64,000 nucleotides of DNA from Anaerohalosphaeraceae bacterium (GCA_963675525.2 CAXXSL010000001.1:128001-192000); one strand, 5' to 3'; counted from the stretch's first letter, positions 9,878 to 20,709 are shown. The notes: generated by a model from the sequence alone, not told the origin. A program made the numbers and translations.

Positions 9878-11374
9878 ATGGATACAACAGAGAAAAGTTC
9901 GCACAAACAAATTTTAAAGGCTACGGGCATTGTTGGCGGCGCCCAGGTGATTTCAATTCTCATACGAATGCTGCGCAACAAGGTGATTGCTGTTTTGATG
10001 GGGCCTGCGGGGTACGGAATTCACGCCTTGTATCAACGGACATTGGATCTTATCCGCAGCGCAACTGGATTTGGAATTCAATATAGTGCTGTCCGTGATA
10101 TTGCCGAGGCGGCTGGCACTGATGACCATACTCGAATTTCCCGGACGGTCCTGATACTTCGCAGGTGGGTTTGGTTTACGGGGTTATTAGGATTGGTCCT
10201 GACAGCAGTTTTCAGTAAACCAATAAGTCTACGCACTTTTGGAGATGAAAAACATACATGGGGCATATTAGGTCTTTCTGTGATTTTGCTATTAGAAGCG
10301 ATCACAGGGGGAAATCTAGCATTTCTGCAAGGCTTGCGTCGCATCAGCTCAATGGCGAAAGCAAATGTTTTAGGTGTTTTAGCAGGTTTTATTATTTCTG
10401 TACCATTGTATTGGTTTTTTGGTTTTAAAGGTATTGTTCCGGCACTATTAGTTGCAAGCGCTGTCAATCTCCTTCTTTCCTGGCTTTATACTCGGAAAAT
10501 CCCTGTCGAACATGTGCCGCTAACCCTTAAAGAAACATGTATAGGTGGATTGAGCATGGTGCGGTTGGGTTTTTTTTTAGTAATTACCGGGTTTGCAACA
10601 ACTGCGGCAATGTACTTAGTTATGATTTTTGTCACAAAAAAGTCAGGCATTAAAGATGTAGGCCAATATCAGGCTGCTTGGACTCTTAGCCTGACCTATG
10701 TGGGCCTGGTCCTGCAAGCAATGGGGGCCGATTACTTTCCAAGATTAAGTGCCGTTAATCATGATAATACCCAGGTTATTAAGCTTGTTAACGAGCAGAC
10801 GGAAATAGCGTTGCTTATAGCGGGGCCTTTAGTTGTAGGAATGTTATCTTTTGTTGCCCCAGTTGTCTATTTATTATATTCGACCGAGTTCGACAAAGCA
10901 ATTAATATACTACATTGGCAGTTGGCTGGATCATTATTAAAGGTTTTGTCATGGCCCATGGCCTTTATTCTGCTATCTAAAAAGAAAGGGATTTTGTTTT
11001 TGGTCACAGAGCTTAGTTGGAATATTATTTTTGTGACCTTGGTTTATTTTGGTTGGGAATATGTTGGGCTTGAGATAACCGGCGTGTCATTTTTCATTTC
11101 ATTTGTGCTTTACAATCTTATACTTTTATTAATAACTCGAAAGTTGTGTCAATTTAGATGGGGGAACCGAAACATCAAATTCATCCTTGTTTTTGGTGTA
11201 TTTACATTTGTGGCATTTCTTAATAGTAGGTATGTACTCGGCATGAAAGGTTACTTTGCGGGAGGAATCCTGTCACTTTGTGTTGTGGTATATTCATTTT
11301 TCGAGCTTCATAAAATCGTTGATTTGAAAGAAATATATAAAAAGTTTTTAAATAAACTTCCGGGAAGAAATTGA
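9878..11374 (+). CDS. wzx: Wzx-type polysaccharide flippase
   Basis: 498 aa, about 12-14 hydrophobic segments, ILKATGIVGGAQV, VGQYQAAW, DYFPRLSAVN; sits inside the glycosyltransferase cluster. Confidence 0.85.
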   Translation: MDTTEKSSHKQILKATGIVGGAQVISILIRMLRNKVIAVLMGPAGYGIHALYQRTLDLIRSATGFGIQYSAVRDIAEAAGTDDHTRISRTVLILRRWVWFTGLLGLVLTAVFSKPISLRTFGDEKHTWGILGLSVILLLEAITGGNLAFLQGLRRISSMAKANVLGVLAGFIISVPLYWFFGFKGIVPALLVASAVNLLLSWLYTRKIPVEHVPLTLKETCIGGLSMVRLGFFLVITGFATTAAMYLVMIFVTKKSGIKDVGQYQAAWTLSLTYVGLVLQAMGADYFPRLSAVNHDNTQVIKLVNEQTEIALLIAGPLVVGMLSFVAPVVYLLYSTEFDKAINILHWQLAGSLLKVLSWPMAFILLSKKKGILFLVTELSWNIIFVTLVYFGWEYVGLEITGVSFFISFVLYNLILLLITRKLCQFRWGNRNIKFILVFGVFTFVAFLNSRYVLGMKGYFAGGILSLCVVVYSFFELHKIVDLKEIYKKFLNKLPGRN

Positions 11375-11447
11375 TTTCGAGCGGCTTTGTCAATTGTGGT
11401 TTGTGTGTTTTTGCGGGGATGACAAAGTCTTGTTTAGAGAGGACGGG

Positions 11448-12419
11448 ATGGGCATGATCAAAGAACAACCCCTTGTCAGTTTTTTTGTGATTTCGTATAA
11501 ACAGGAGGAATTTATCCGGGATGCGATACAAGGCGCCTTTGCTCAGACATATGAGCCGCTTGAAATTATTCTGTCGGATGATTGTTCGCCGGATCGCACA
11601 TTTGAAATCATCAAGGAAGAGACCGAATCTTATTCCGGCCCGCATCGGATTATTCTTAACCAGAATGAAAGCAATCAAGGCATCGCAGGGAATCTGAATC
11701 GAGCCTTAGAATTAGCCAAAGGGCAATTTATAATAGCTTCTGCGGGCGATGATATTTCCTTGCCGGAAAGAACTGCGGAGATTGTGAAGCGTTTGCAGGA
11801 AACGGAATCTCCTGTCGACATGGTCTGCTCTTATTGCGAAGAGATCGATGAGACAGGGAAGCCAATAGGACAGATTCAAAAAGATGTTCTTTTTCTGCCG
11901 GACACCAATGAACCGGTGCGTAAATGGGCATGCGGGGCGACAGGGGCCTGTTTGGGCTACAACCGGAAACTATATGACAAATTTGGGCCACTTGATATAC
12001 GTGTCATTGCTGAAGATTGGGTTCTTCCTTTTAGAGCATGGGTAGAGTCGGGGATTGCCCTTGTTGATAAACCACTTGTTAAACATCGTGTCCATGGCAG
12101 ATGTCTTTCTGTAATTTACCAGGATATCAATGCCGAGCGAACGCCCGAATCAAGACATTTGTTGCGGCGAAAAACAACCGGCAGCACTCTGGCACGAGCA
12201 AAAGATTGGCTCCATGTCTGGCAGATTTCAGGTGATGACAAAGATGGTCACATTGGAAAGCAGATGAAAGAATGGATTCGATTGCTGGAAATTGAATGGC
12301 GAGCTTATGATCTTAATCGTCTGCAGGCATTAAAATCAGCAATAAAAGCGATGCATTACAGTGGCGGATTTAAGGTTGCACTCAGGATTTTCTATCGTTT
12401 AGTGCTTCGCAGACAATAA
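11448..12419 (+). CDS. GT2 glycosyltransferase
   Basis: PLVSFFVISYKQE, EIILSDDCSPDRT, AGDDISLPER, AEDW. Start at ATG 11448 after GAGAGG. Confidence 0.85.
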   Translation: MGMIKEQPLVSFFVISYKQEEFIRDAIQGAFAQTYEPLEIILSDDCSPDRTFEIIKEETESYSGPHRIILNQNESNQGIAGNLNRALELAKGQFIIASAGDDISLPERTAEIVKRLQETESPVDMVCSYCEEIDETGKPIGQIQKDVLFLPDTNEPVRKWACGATGACLGYNRKLYDKFGPLDIRVIAEDWVLPFRAWVESGIALVDKPLVKHRVHGRCLSVIYQDINAERTPESRHLLRRKTTGSTLARAKDWLHVWQISGDDKDGHIGKQMKEWIRLLEIEWRAYDLNRLQALKSAIKAMHYSGGFKVALRIFYRLVLRRQ

Positions 12420-12436
12420 ATTTTGAATAAAACGAT

Positions 12437-13783
12437 ATGGTAGAAGAAGTTTACATTATAGGAGATACTGCTTATGCCGGGCATACGACAGTTCACCCAC
12501 TGGCTATATGTACAGTAATAGTTTTGGGTATTTCTGTTTTGTTCTTGCCAAGGCGTTGGTCTGTTTTCCCGATTCTGTTTATGACGTGTTTTATTTCATC
12601 GGCGCAACGAATTGTTATAGCCGGGATGGACTTCGATTTTCTGCGGATTATGGTTCTCTTTGGTGTTATGCGATTGCTTTTACGCAAGGAATATATTGGT
12701 TTTGTATGGAAATCACTGGACTCTATGGTAGCCCTTTGGGTTGCTTCTTCTGTTTTTTTCTTTATTCTTCGTGAAGGTACATTTGGCGCCGTCATAAATC
12801 GCCTTGGCTTTGCATTCGATGTATTTGGCATGTATTTTCTTTTTCGGTGCCTGATCAGAAGTTGGATAGATATCGATAGAATTATCTTGAGTGTTATTTT
12901 GATAAGTATTCCAGTGATGATTTTTTTTTTACTTGAACACGGATCTGGTCGCAATCTGTTTTCGATTTTCGGTGGTGTCCCGGAAATCACTGAGATTCGA
13001 GGAGAGCGTCTTCGCTGTCAAGGTGCATTCTCTCACCCGATTCTGGCAGGTTGTTTCTGGGCCTTACTGATGCCGCTTATTGCGGCTTATTGGTGGAAAT
13101 CTGCCAGAGACAGAATGATTGCCGTGATAGGAATTATAGCTTCATGTATTGTTGTTATCTGCAGTGCGTCTAGCACCCCGGTAATGGGGGTCTTGTCGGC
13201 CGTCATTGGAGGATGCTTTTTTTTTCTCCGAAAATACATGCGGTTCGTTTGCATGGGAGTTATTTTGACTCTGATAGCCTTGCACCTTGTAATGAATGGG
13301 CCCGTCTGGGGTTTGATTGCCCGGATCCATTCAGTTGGAGGATCGACGGGTTGGCACCGCTACAATCTTATCAATCAGGCTATAATAAATATCAATGATT
13401 GGTGGTTTAGCGGTTGTTCGGGTTATACTGTAGCATCATGGGGGATTCATGCTGGTGACGTAACTAATCAATATGTGTTGGAAGGTGTTAAAGGTGGACT
13501 TATCACAATGGTTTTATTTATTGCGGTGATCCTGACAGCGTTTCGTGATGTTGGTCGTTTGTGCCGGTTCCAGTCCAATCATACTTATCAACTTGCATTG
13601 TCTTGGGCACTTGGAGTTATCCTTTTTGTTCATTGTTCAAATTTTATAGGTGTGTCCTATTTTGGTCAAATTTGGATATTATGGTATTTATTGCTCGGGA
13701 TGATTGGCAGTATGTCATGTAAAAAAGTTAAAAATATAAGATCAAAAATTACATATTCAAAGTTAGTAAATAGATCTTATTAA
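12437..13783 (+). CDS. Wzy polymerase / O-antigen-ligase-like membrane protein
   Basis: Multi-TM protein with RLRCQGAFSHPILAG and DVTNQY loops; located between glycosyltransferases. Confidence 0.7.
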   Translation: MVEEVYIIGDTAYAGHTTVHPLAICTVIVLGISVLFLPRRWSVFPILFMTCFISSAQRIVIAGMDFDFLRIMVLFGVMRLLLRKEYIGFVWKSLDSMVALWVASSVFFFILREGTFGAVINRLGFAFDVFGMYFLFRCLIRSWIDIDRIILSVILISIPVMIFFLLEHGSGRNLFSIFGGVPEITEIRGERLRCQGAFSHPILAGCFWALLMPLIAAYWWKSARDRMIAVIGIIASCIVVICSASSTPVMGVLSAVIGGCFFFLRKYMRFVCMGVILTLIALHLVMNGPVWGLIARIHSVGGSTGWHRYNLINQAIININDWWFSGCSGYTVASWGIHAGDVTNQYVLEGVKGGLITMVLFIAVILTAFRDVGRLCRFQSNHTYQLALSWALGVILFVHCSNFIGVSYFGQIWILWYLLLGMIGSMSCKKVKNIRSKITYSKLVNRSY

Positions 13784-13909
13784 AAGCCTACAGTGGTGAT
13801 ATTTAAAGTTAATGCCAAAAACTGCCCATACGGTTTAAATACAACTTTATTGCATTAAAATATTTTGATAGTTTTAGGTCGTAATGATTTAAAGATTGGA
13901 GTTTGAGAG

Positions 13910-14884
13910 TTGGCGTTTTCAGATCAATACTTGCTGGTAAAAGGCTCAGGGGGCATGGGCAATAGGATGTTGTGTGCTGTCAGCGGCATTCTTTATGGAG
14001 AGATTTCAAAACGGAAAGTTATTATTGACTGGTCAGACAAGGCTTATTCGGTGGATGGAACCAATGTATTTGGGTCATATTTTAATTGTCCTGGTGTTTA
14101 TGGACTGGAGAGTCTTCCGGATACCGATGATATATCGCCTGAGATATGGAGGGGACGCTTAGATAAATCCATGGGCTGGATGTTAGAAAATTATGACCGG
14201 GACAAAGTAAGCAGTATTTTTATTCATAATAAATACTCTATTAATGTCAAACAGCTTAATCATCATCAGAGGATAGCCGTATTTTGGTATTATACTCATC
14301 GTATTCCAGCCATTATACCACATTTACATGGTACACAGTATGCTAAAATGGGCATCAAGGGCTTATTGAGAAAAGTATTGAATGACACGATGGCTCTCAA
14401 TGATGAGATTTTTCAAAAAGTCTACGACTTCCAATTAGAACACTTCAAGAAGGCTGTTGTTGGATTACATATTCGCCAGACAGATCGTCAAGTATCTCTA
14501 GAGAAATACCTAAAACCTTTGAGGGGAATCTTAAGAAGAAAACCACATGCTCGGATATTTTTAGCGACCGACAATAAAAAAATAGAGGCATATTTAGAGG
14601 ATGAATACCACGATAGGGTGTTAAAGACTGTCAAATGGCAACCTAATGAGAATGAAACAATGCATATGAATTCCAGTTGTCCTGATAGATTTCAAAATGG
14701 CATCGAAGCCTTGGTAGATATGTATTTGTTATCGAGGTGTAATTATCTTATATATCCGGGATGTTCAACATTCTCATGGATATCCTCGATTTTATCACAG
14801 GCGGAGTCTGAGCATATCATAGATATTCAACGATATAATTTGCTGGTTCGGTTCAAACGATGGCTGAGGCATTTCGTAGCCTGA
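13910..14884 (+). CDS. NodZ-like (GT23-type) fucosyltransferase
   Basis: GGMGNRML, VGLHIRQTD, IFLATD, ALVDMYLLSRCNYLI...STFS motifs. Confidence 0.75.
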   Translation: MAFSDQYLLVKGSGGMGNRMLCAVSGILYGEISKRKVIIDWSDKAYSVDGTNVFGSYFNCPGVYGLESLPDTDDISPEIWRGRLDKSMGWMLENYDRDKVSSIFIHNKYSINVKQLNHHQRIAVFWYYTHRIPAIIPHLHGTQYAKMGIKGLLRKVLNDTMALNDEIFQKVYDFQLEHFKKAVVGLHIRQTDRQVSLEKYLKPLRGILRRKPHARIFLATDNKKIEAYLEDEYHDRVLKTVKWQPNENETMHMNSSCPDRFQNGIEALVDMYLLSRCNYLIYPGCSTFSWISSILSQAESEHIIDIQRYNLLVRFKRWLRHFVA

Positions 14885-14907
14885 ATGATTTCAATAAATG
14901 GGCTTAT

Positions 14908-15894
14908 ATGATTTTAGATAAAAATAATTCAAATCCTTATCGACTTGATGTGTCGATTATAATAGTTAATTGGAATACGCGGGATATTTTACGGGATTGT
15001 CTATGTTCGATTTTCGAACAGATCCGAAATATAAGTTTTGAAGTTATCGTTATTGACAATGCATCTTCAGATGGTTCTGTAGAGATGGTTAAGCAGGAAT
15101 TCCATAAGGTCAAATTGATTGAAAACAGGGAAAATCGTGGCTTTGCCGCAGCCAATAATCAAGGGATAAAGATTGCCGATGGACGTTATATACTTTGTTT
15201 GAACAGTGATACAATTGTGCTGGATGGAGCAATCCAAAAAACGATGAATTTCGCGGACAAGCACACAGATACTGCTGTAATTGGTTGCAAAGTGCTAAAT
15301 CCGGATATGACTCTTCAACCGACCTGCTTTATGTTCCCCTCACTGCTGAATTTGTTTTTATCGGCAACTTTCCTTTCTAATCTATTTTCAAGCTCTCGTT
15401 TTTGGGGTCGAGAACGAATGGGTTGGTGGAACCGTGATAAGGTACTTGAAGTGGAGGTGGTTACCGGGTGTTTTATGTTGGTGCGGCACAAAGCACTTGA
15501 AGCGGTTGGATTAATGGATGAAAGTTTCTATATGTATGCCGAAGAAACCGACTGGTGTTTTAGGTTCTCAAAATCAGGATGGAAAAATCTTTTCTATCCG
15601 AATGCTCAAATCATCCATTTGGGTGGTCAGAGTAGCAAGAAAGTCCGCCAAGAGATGATTTTACAGACACGAGCAGGGATTTTGTATTTTATTAAGAAGC
15701 ATTATTCGTATCTGGAATATATATTGTGTTGCTTCTTGTTTTCGTTACATGCTTTGTTTCGATTGCCTTTTTGGGGTAGCAAAGTTTTATTTGGTCCTGA
15801 CAAGTTATTTGCATTGACTACTTTTAAGGCCTATTTAAAGGGTGTTATTAAGCCTTTTGGTGGGTGGCACTCTTTGTCCTCTAAAAAAGAATGA
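14908..15894 (+). CDS. GT2 glycosyltransferase (rhamnosyltransferase-like subfamily)
   Basis: VSIIIVNWNT, VIDNASSDGS, NRGFAAANNQG, LNSDT, GCFML, YAEETDWC. Confidence 0.9.
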   Translation: MILDKNNSNPYRLDVSIIIVNWNTRDILRDCLCSIFEQIRNISFEVIVIDNASSDGSVEMVKQEFHKVKLIENRENRGFAAANNQGIKIADGRYILCLNSDTIVLDGAIQKTMNFADKHTDTAVIGCKVLNPDMTLQPTCFMFPSLLNLFLSATFLSNLFSSSRFWGRERMGWWNRDKVLEVEVVTGCFMLVRHKALEAVGLMDESFYMYAEETDWCFRFSKSGWKNLFYPNAQIIHLGGQSSKKVRQEMILQTRAGILYFIKKHYSYLEYILCCFLFSLHALFRLPFWGSKVLFGPDKLFALTTFKAYLKGVIKPFGGWHSLSSKKE

Positions 15895-15990
15895 TTCGTT
15901 TTGAAATTTGTTTATTGCAGTGTTCAAATTATAAAGACAGATTAAATGGTCTGTAACCTACACTTGGGCATTGGTGGAAAAAGGTTATAA

Positions 15991-17310
15991 ATGAAAACGG
16001 CATTAACCGGCCTAACAACGTATATTGTTAAAAGATGCATTGGTCCTTTCAGGTACAGGCGGCTATGGCTGAAAAAGACACAAAGATATTCTTCGGGGCA
16101 ACTTGAAGCAATTCAACTGAAACTACTTCAGGAGTTAATCAAATACGCTTACAAGAATGTTCCTTATTATCGTCAACTTATGGGCGATCGAGCTATTGAG
16201 CCGGCGGATATTCAAGCAATTGAGGATATCCAGAAATTTCCTATATTGACAAAAAAGGATCTATTAAAAGCGGGGTGTTCAATTGTTTCGAAGCGAGTCC
16301 CGAAAATTTTCTTGCGTAAAGCTTACACAGGAGGAACTACTGGAACGCCAGTTATTTTACACAGAAATTTATTTTCAATTGGTAATGAACATGCATTTGT
16401 TCGACGGCAATTCGAGTGGGCAGATATCAAAACGCATGATCGGGTCGCCTATTTAACAGGCCGGGTTATTATCCCTCCTGACCAAACAGAAGGTAATCTA
16501 TATGTCTATGACCCAATAATGAAGGAGCTGATTCTTTCAACCTACCATTTATCAGAAAAATCGGCGAAGCAGTATATTAATACAATGAAAAGATATAATG
16601 TTGAGGCGATTACCGGATACCCTTCAGCAGTGTCTTTTCTGGCTCGAATTTGTTTGGATTCAGAGGAAACTTTTTCGCTCAAGGCTGCTTTAACGACATC
16701 TGAAACCTTAACAAATTCAATGCGTGACCTGATCTCTCGAGCTTTTAGCTGCCCTGTATATGATTATTATGGAAGCGCTGAACGTGTTTGCTATATTTTT
16801 ACGTGTGAAAAAGGAGGTTATCATATTCAACCGGAATATGGATATACGGAATTGATTCCCGTAGACAATACAGGATTGTGCAAAGTTGTTTCAACAGGAT
16901 TTTGGAACAAGTCGATGCCTTTTATTAGATACGACACCGGCGATACGGTTGTAAAATCGAATAATAAATGCTCATGCGGTCGCAATTTCCCCATGATTGA
17001 GGAAATCAAAGGAAGGGTTGCTGATACAATTAAAACGCCTTCTGGACGTGAGTTTGGAGCAGCAATTTTGACACATCTTCTTTATGGTACCGATCATATA
17101 TTTGAAAGTCAGATCCTGCAAGATCGAATAGATCATGTATTTATTGACTATGTACCAAGTGAGTTATTCAACCAACGGGATTACGATGCGTTTGTTGATT
17201 TGATCAAACATCATTTGCCCAGTGAGTTAAAAGTTGATTTTCGTCGCACTGAAAGCATTCCAAGGACGTCGAGTGGAAAGGTACGACCTGTGGTATCAAT
17301 GATACAATGA
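15991..17310 (+). CDS. CapK / phenylacetate-CoA-ligase-like adenylate-forming enzyme
   Basis: YKNVPYY, PILTKKDL, TGGTTGTP, YGSAE, MPFIRYDTGD, GRVAD, IPRTSSGK. Confidence 0.85.
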   Translation: MKTALTGLTTYIVKRCIGPFRYRRLWLKKTQRYSSGQLEAIQLKLLQELIKYAYKNVPYYRQLMGDRAIEPADIQAIEDIQKFPILTKKDLLKAGCSIVSKRVPKIFLRKAYTGGTTGTPVILHRNLFSIGNEHAFVRRQFEWADIKTHDRVAYLTGRVIIPPDQTEGNLYVYDPIMKELILSTYHLSEKSAKQYINTMKRYNVEAITGYPSAVSFLARICLDSEETFSLKAALTTSETLTNSMRDLISRAFSCPVYDYYGSAERVCYIFTCEKGGYHIQPEYGYTELIPVDNTGLCKVVSTGFWNKSMPFIRYDTGDTVVKSNNKCSCGRNFPMIEEIKGRVADTIKTPSGREFGAAILTHLLYGTDHIFESQILQDRIDHVFIDYVPSELFNQRDYDAFVDLIKHHLPSELKVDFRRTESIPRTSSGKVRPVVSMIQ

Positions 17311-17341
17311 AAGCAAGAAACCGAATAAGAAAGATTAAGCA

Positions 17342-18241
17342 GTGAAATATGTAATTGTTACCCCTGCCTTTAACGAAGAAAAATATATTAGTGAGACAAT
17401 TGACAGTGTACTTTCGCAAACCATTCTTCCGCTCTTATGGACTATAGTCGATGACGGCTCAACTGATCAAACTGCTGATATCATAAAGCGTTATGCTGCA
17501 CAGTATCATTGGATTCGTTATGTTAATAGAACAAAGGATTCTCGTCAAAGTTATTATGCAAGCAATGTGTTTGCAATCCGAGAAGGCATTAAATACCTGC
17601 AGAGCATAGACTATGATTATATTGCTGTTCTGGATGCAGACATTTCGTTGCCCGCGGATTATTATCAGAAGATAGAAGAGATCTTTTCTCATGAACCCCA
17701 GCTTGGAATTACTTCTGGAAACTGTGCTGATCTGATCGATGGAAAACTCAAAAAACATTTATATGACCGTCGTTCTTGTGCAAAAGCGATTATGGTCTTC
17801 CGCAAGCAGTGCTTTGATCAGATTGGGGGGTTTGTCCCGATGATATACGGGGGGGAGGATACCTGTGCGTGTTTTCAGGCGAGAATGCATGGCTGGAAGA
17901 CGTGGGCATTTCATGAATTACTGGTGTCGCATAACAAGCCTCTTGGAACGGGGCCGTCAAATAATATGCTTAAAATTCGCTTTCGTCAGGGAATTTGTGA
18001 TTGGGGATTGGCAGCGAATCCGCTGTTTATGACGATAAAGTGCCTTCGGCGGTGTTTTAAGGAATCGCCATTTATTGTAAGTGGAATTGCTCGATTCGCG
18101 GGCTTTGTCTATGCGCATTTTAAGGGAGAAAAGCGGCAGATTCCAAATGACCTTGTAAAATATATTCGAAAAGAACAACTTAAGCGTGTTTTTAAGGGCA
18201 ATAAAATTCCCGCCGAACATCAGGTTTCTATATCATTATGA
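17342..18241 (+). CDS. GT2 glycosyltransferase
   Basis: YVIVTPAFNEE, IVDDGSTDQT, VLDADI, GGEDT. Confidence 0.85.
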   Translation: MKYVIVTPAFNEEKYISETIDSVLSQTILPLLWTIVDDGSTDQTADIIKRYAAQYHWIRYVNRTKDSRQSYYASNVFAIREGIKYLQSIDYDYIAVLDADISLPADYYQKIEEIFSHEPQLGITSGNCADLIDGKLKKHLYDRRSCAKAIMVFRKQCFDQIGGFVPMIYGGEDTCACFQARMHGWKTWAFHELLVSHNKPLGTGPSNNMLKIRFRQGICDWGLAANPLFMTIKCLRRCFKESPFIVSGIARFAGFVYAHFKGEKRQIPNDLVKYIRKEQLKRVFKGNKIPAEHQVSISL

Positions 18242-18687
18242 AAATATGTATTGTTGCATCCGCTGGAGGACACCTTAACCAACTACTGTTATTGCAGCCG
18301 ATTTGGGAAGGGCATGATGTCGTTTGCGTCTCTACCGGCCAGATGGTTCGCAAGAAACTGGAGGCAATTGGGCAAACGTATATTGTTGGCGAGTGCAACC
18401 GGGAACATCCCATTAAGACATTTAGTGTGATGTGGAAATGTTTAAGGATTATTGTGCATGAAAAGCCGAATGTGGTGATCAGTACTGGGGCAGCGGCGGG
18501 ATTTTTGATGTGTTTTTGGGGCAAGCTGTTTGGTGCGAAAGTGATCTGGCTGGACAGTATTGCGAATGCACGGAAACTGTCGATGAGCGGACGGATGATA
18601 CGTCCCTTTGCTAACTTTATTCTCAGCCAGTGGCCGGAGGTCGCGGCAAAGTATCCTGAGGTCGAATACGCAGGAGAGGTGATATGA
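18238..18687 (+). CDS. PssD/CpsF/Alg14-like glycosyltransferase subunit
   Basis: ASAGGHL, KPNVVISTGA, LSMSGR, SQWPE; overlaps the partner gene. Confidence 0.85.
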   Translation: MKICIVASAGGHLNQLLLLQPIWEGHDVVCVSTGQMVRKKLEAIGQTYIVGECNREHPIKTFSVMWKCLRIIVHEKPNVVISTGAAAGFLMCFWGKLFGAKVIWLDSIANARKLSMSGRMIRPFANFILSQWPEVAAKYPEVEYAGEVI

Positions 18688-19181
18688 TTTTTTTAACCAT
18701 CGGCACACTGTTTGAGTTTGAGCGGCTCGTTCAGGCTGTCGATAAGATTGCCGAAACAGAATTAATTCAGGAAGATATTTTTGCTCAAATTGGTCCCACC
18801 TCCTATAAGCCTCGGAATATGGAATATGTAGACTATCTGAATAAAATTGACTTTGAAGAGAAAATAAGAGTCTGTACGGCGATGATCAGTCATGCCGGTA
18901 TGGGCAGTATCAGTATGGCCCTGGACCATCAAAAACCCTTATTAGTGTTGCCGCGATTAAAAAAATATGGTGAACACGTCAACGATCATCAGTTGGATTC
19001 GGCTCAGAAATTTGAGCAATTGGGTCATATACTTGCAGTTTACGATACAGATGAGTTGGCAAATAAGGTTAGGCAGCTTAAAACCTTTGTTCCTAAACCT
19101 CGCATACCAAACCGGCAGGGAGTGGTGGACTGTATCAGTGAATACATATCATCTATATCCAAAAAGCTGGTACCGAAATAA
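18684..19181 (+). CDS. PssE/CpsG/Alg13-like (GT28 C-terminal) glycosyltransferase subunit
   Basis: MIFLTIGT..FERL, AQIG, ISHAGMGSI, PRLKKYGEHVNDHQ. Confidence 0.85.
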   Translation: MIFLTIGTLFEFERLVQAVDKIAETELIQEDIFAQIGPTSYKPRNMEYVDYLNKIDFEEKIRVCTAMISHAGMGSISMALDHQKPLLVLPRLKKYGEHVNDHQLDSAQKFEQLGHILAVYDTDELANKVRQLKTFVPKPRIPNRQGVVDCISEYISSISKKLVPK

Positions 19182-19624
19182 CCTTTTCGGCCTGAGTCTA
19201 TTTGAATGCCCATGAAACATCCCCTTGGCCGAAGGTGGTCATTAAGCCGCACTCTGCCTATGATGATCCCTGGGAAATGTTCAACCTTGATCTAAGTGAG
19301 CATGGCACCTGTCCACGTTTCATTGTCACCGATGGTATTGCCGGGGGACAGCTTGCAATAGCCTATGATAACACCATTACACTGAATCTGAGTCAGTGGT
19401 ATCATGTTGTGGGTACCTATGACGGCAGTACAATCGTTCTTTATCTGGACGGCCAGTTGATCGATTCAAATCCTGCTTCAATTCCAATCGGTCAGAATAT
19501 GGTGCCGGTGACTATCTGCAGACGTCAGGAAAAAAACAGCTTCAACGGGTTGATTGATGAAGTTCGTATTTACAATCTTGCTCTGAATGAGACAGAGGTA
19601 CAGAGTCTATATCAAAATCCCTGA
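19175..19624 (+). pseudogene. Orphan LamG-domain remnant
   Basis: The frame upstream of ORF 19202 reads EITFSA*VYLN, with TGA at 19193-19195 where W is expected. It continues WYHVVGTYDG...FNGLIDEVRIYNLAL. No N-terminus or signal peptide. Confidence 0.7.
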
Positions 19625-19770
19625 GGAATGATGCTCCAGCATGGTGTAAATGCTGGTTTTATTCTTAATCAAGGAAGGAGACCGTTTTTTCTTGATTTAA
19701 CCCTGTCCATCGGGTACAATTGTAATTCAAAAATTAGAAAGCAAACCCACGGTTTTTGGAGTATGGGGAG

Positions 19771-20709
19771 ATGAAAAATATTAATAATTTCAGCTTCACA
19801 AAAATCAACAAAGGACTCCTGGTTTTCATTACGATAATAATAGCTCAAACAGTACACGCCTCTGTTGTGGGCGAGGTAATAAAAAAGACAGTAAACCCAT
19901 TTCCAGATTATTTTGGCTTCGGTCTGGCAAATGACGGTGAATATTTATATGTCGGGGGTGCTTCTGACGGTACAATACATGTGCTGGAACCGGATGATTT
20001 GTCTGTTGTCCGGACAATATCTACTCCGGCCCCCTATATATTGGGCATAGAATATTACAATGGTTCCTTGTACGTATCTGACTCAAAACGCATTTATCAA
20101 GTTGATACTTTAACCAATAACGTGACCTCTTTTTTTGACGCACCCAATGATTCGGTCGTCGGTCTTTCGGTCGGACCCGACGGCAGGCTTTATGCTATGG
20201 ACGGGTATGAGGGCAGTTCCTGGTCCAAATCGTATATCTATTCATTTAACATCACTGATAACACATTGAATGACACCTTTGAAATCGGCACCTTGAACCA
20301 AGACCTTGAAATTGACTATAGTGGAGGAAATGATATTATAGAATTCATTGGTGGTTATTTAGTAACAGATGATGATCTTTCGCCCTCTGATTTATCTGTT
20401 TATTCGTTACATGGCAATACATATATAAAAGAGGCTGATTTCCCCATTGAGACGATAAATGGAGATTGGCGAGGATCGACAATAATCGAGGAGACCTTAT
20501 ATTTATGGGGTCAAAATACAGGTTCTGGATATGAGAACGCTTTATTTGAAATACAAATCATCCCGGAACCCTCAACGTTATGTCTCCTTGGATTTGCTGC
20601 CGGAGTTATGCGAATCAAAAGGAGTTTTTCAAGAGGTATGCTTAAGAAATGTTCCAAACCGATAAGCAAAAATATGTGCTATGGATCGGCAGAAAGACAC
20701 TACATTTAA
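19771..20709 (+). CDS. PEP-CTERM surface protein with beta-propeller-like repeats
   Basis: Signal peptide, then repeats such as GLANDGEYLYV and GIEYYNGSLYVSD; C-terminal IPEPSTLCLLGFAAGVMRIKR sorting signal. Confidence 0.8.
   Translation: MKNINNFSFTKINKGLLVFITIIIAQTVHASVVGEVIKKTVNPFPDYFGFGLANDGEYLYVGGASDGTIHVLEPDDLSVVRTISTPAPYILGIEYYNGSLYVSDSKRIYQVDTLTNNVTSFFDAPNDSVVGLSVGPDGRLYAMDGYEGSSWSKSYIYSFNITDNTLNDTFEIGTLNQDLEIDYSGGNDIIEFIGGYLVTDDDLSPSDLSVYSLHGNTYIKEADFPIETINGDWRGSTIIEETLYLWGQNTGSGYENALFEIQIIPEPSTLCLLGFAAGVMRIKRSFSRGMLKKCSKPISKNMCYGSAERHYI

Noticed and set aside
19193..19195. TGA read as Trp or Sec (alternative genetic code)
   Set aside because: Many intact genes here end in TGA and use TGG for Trp; this is a single nonsense change in a remnant.
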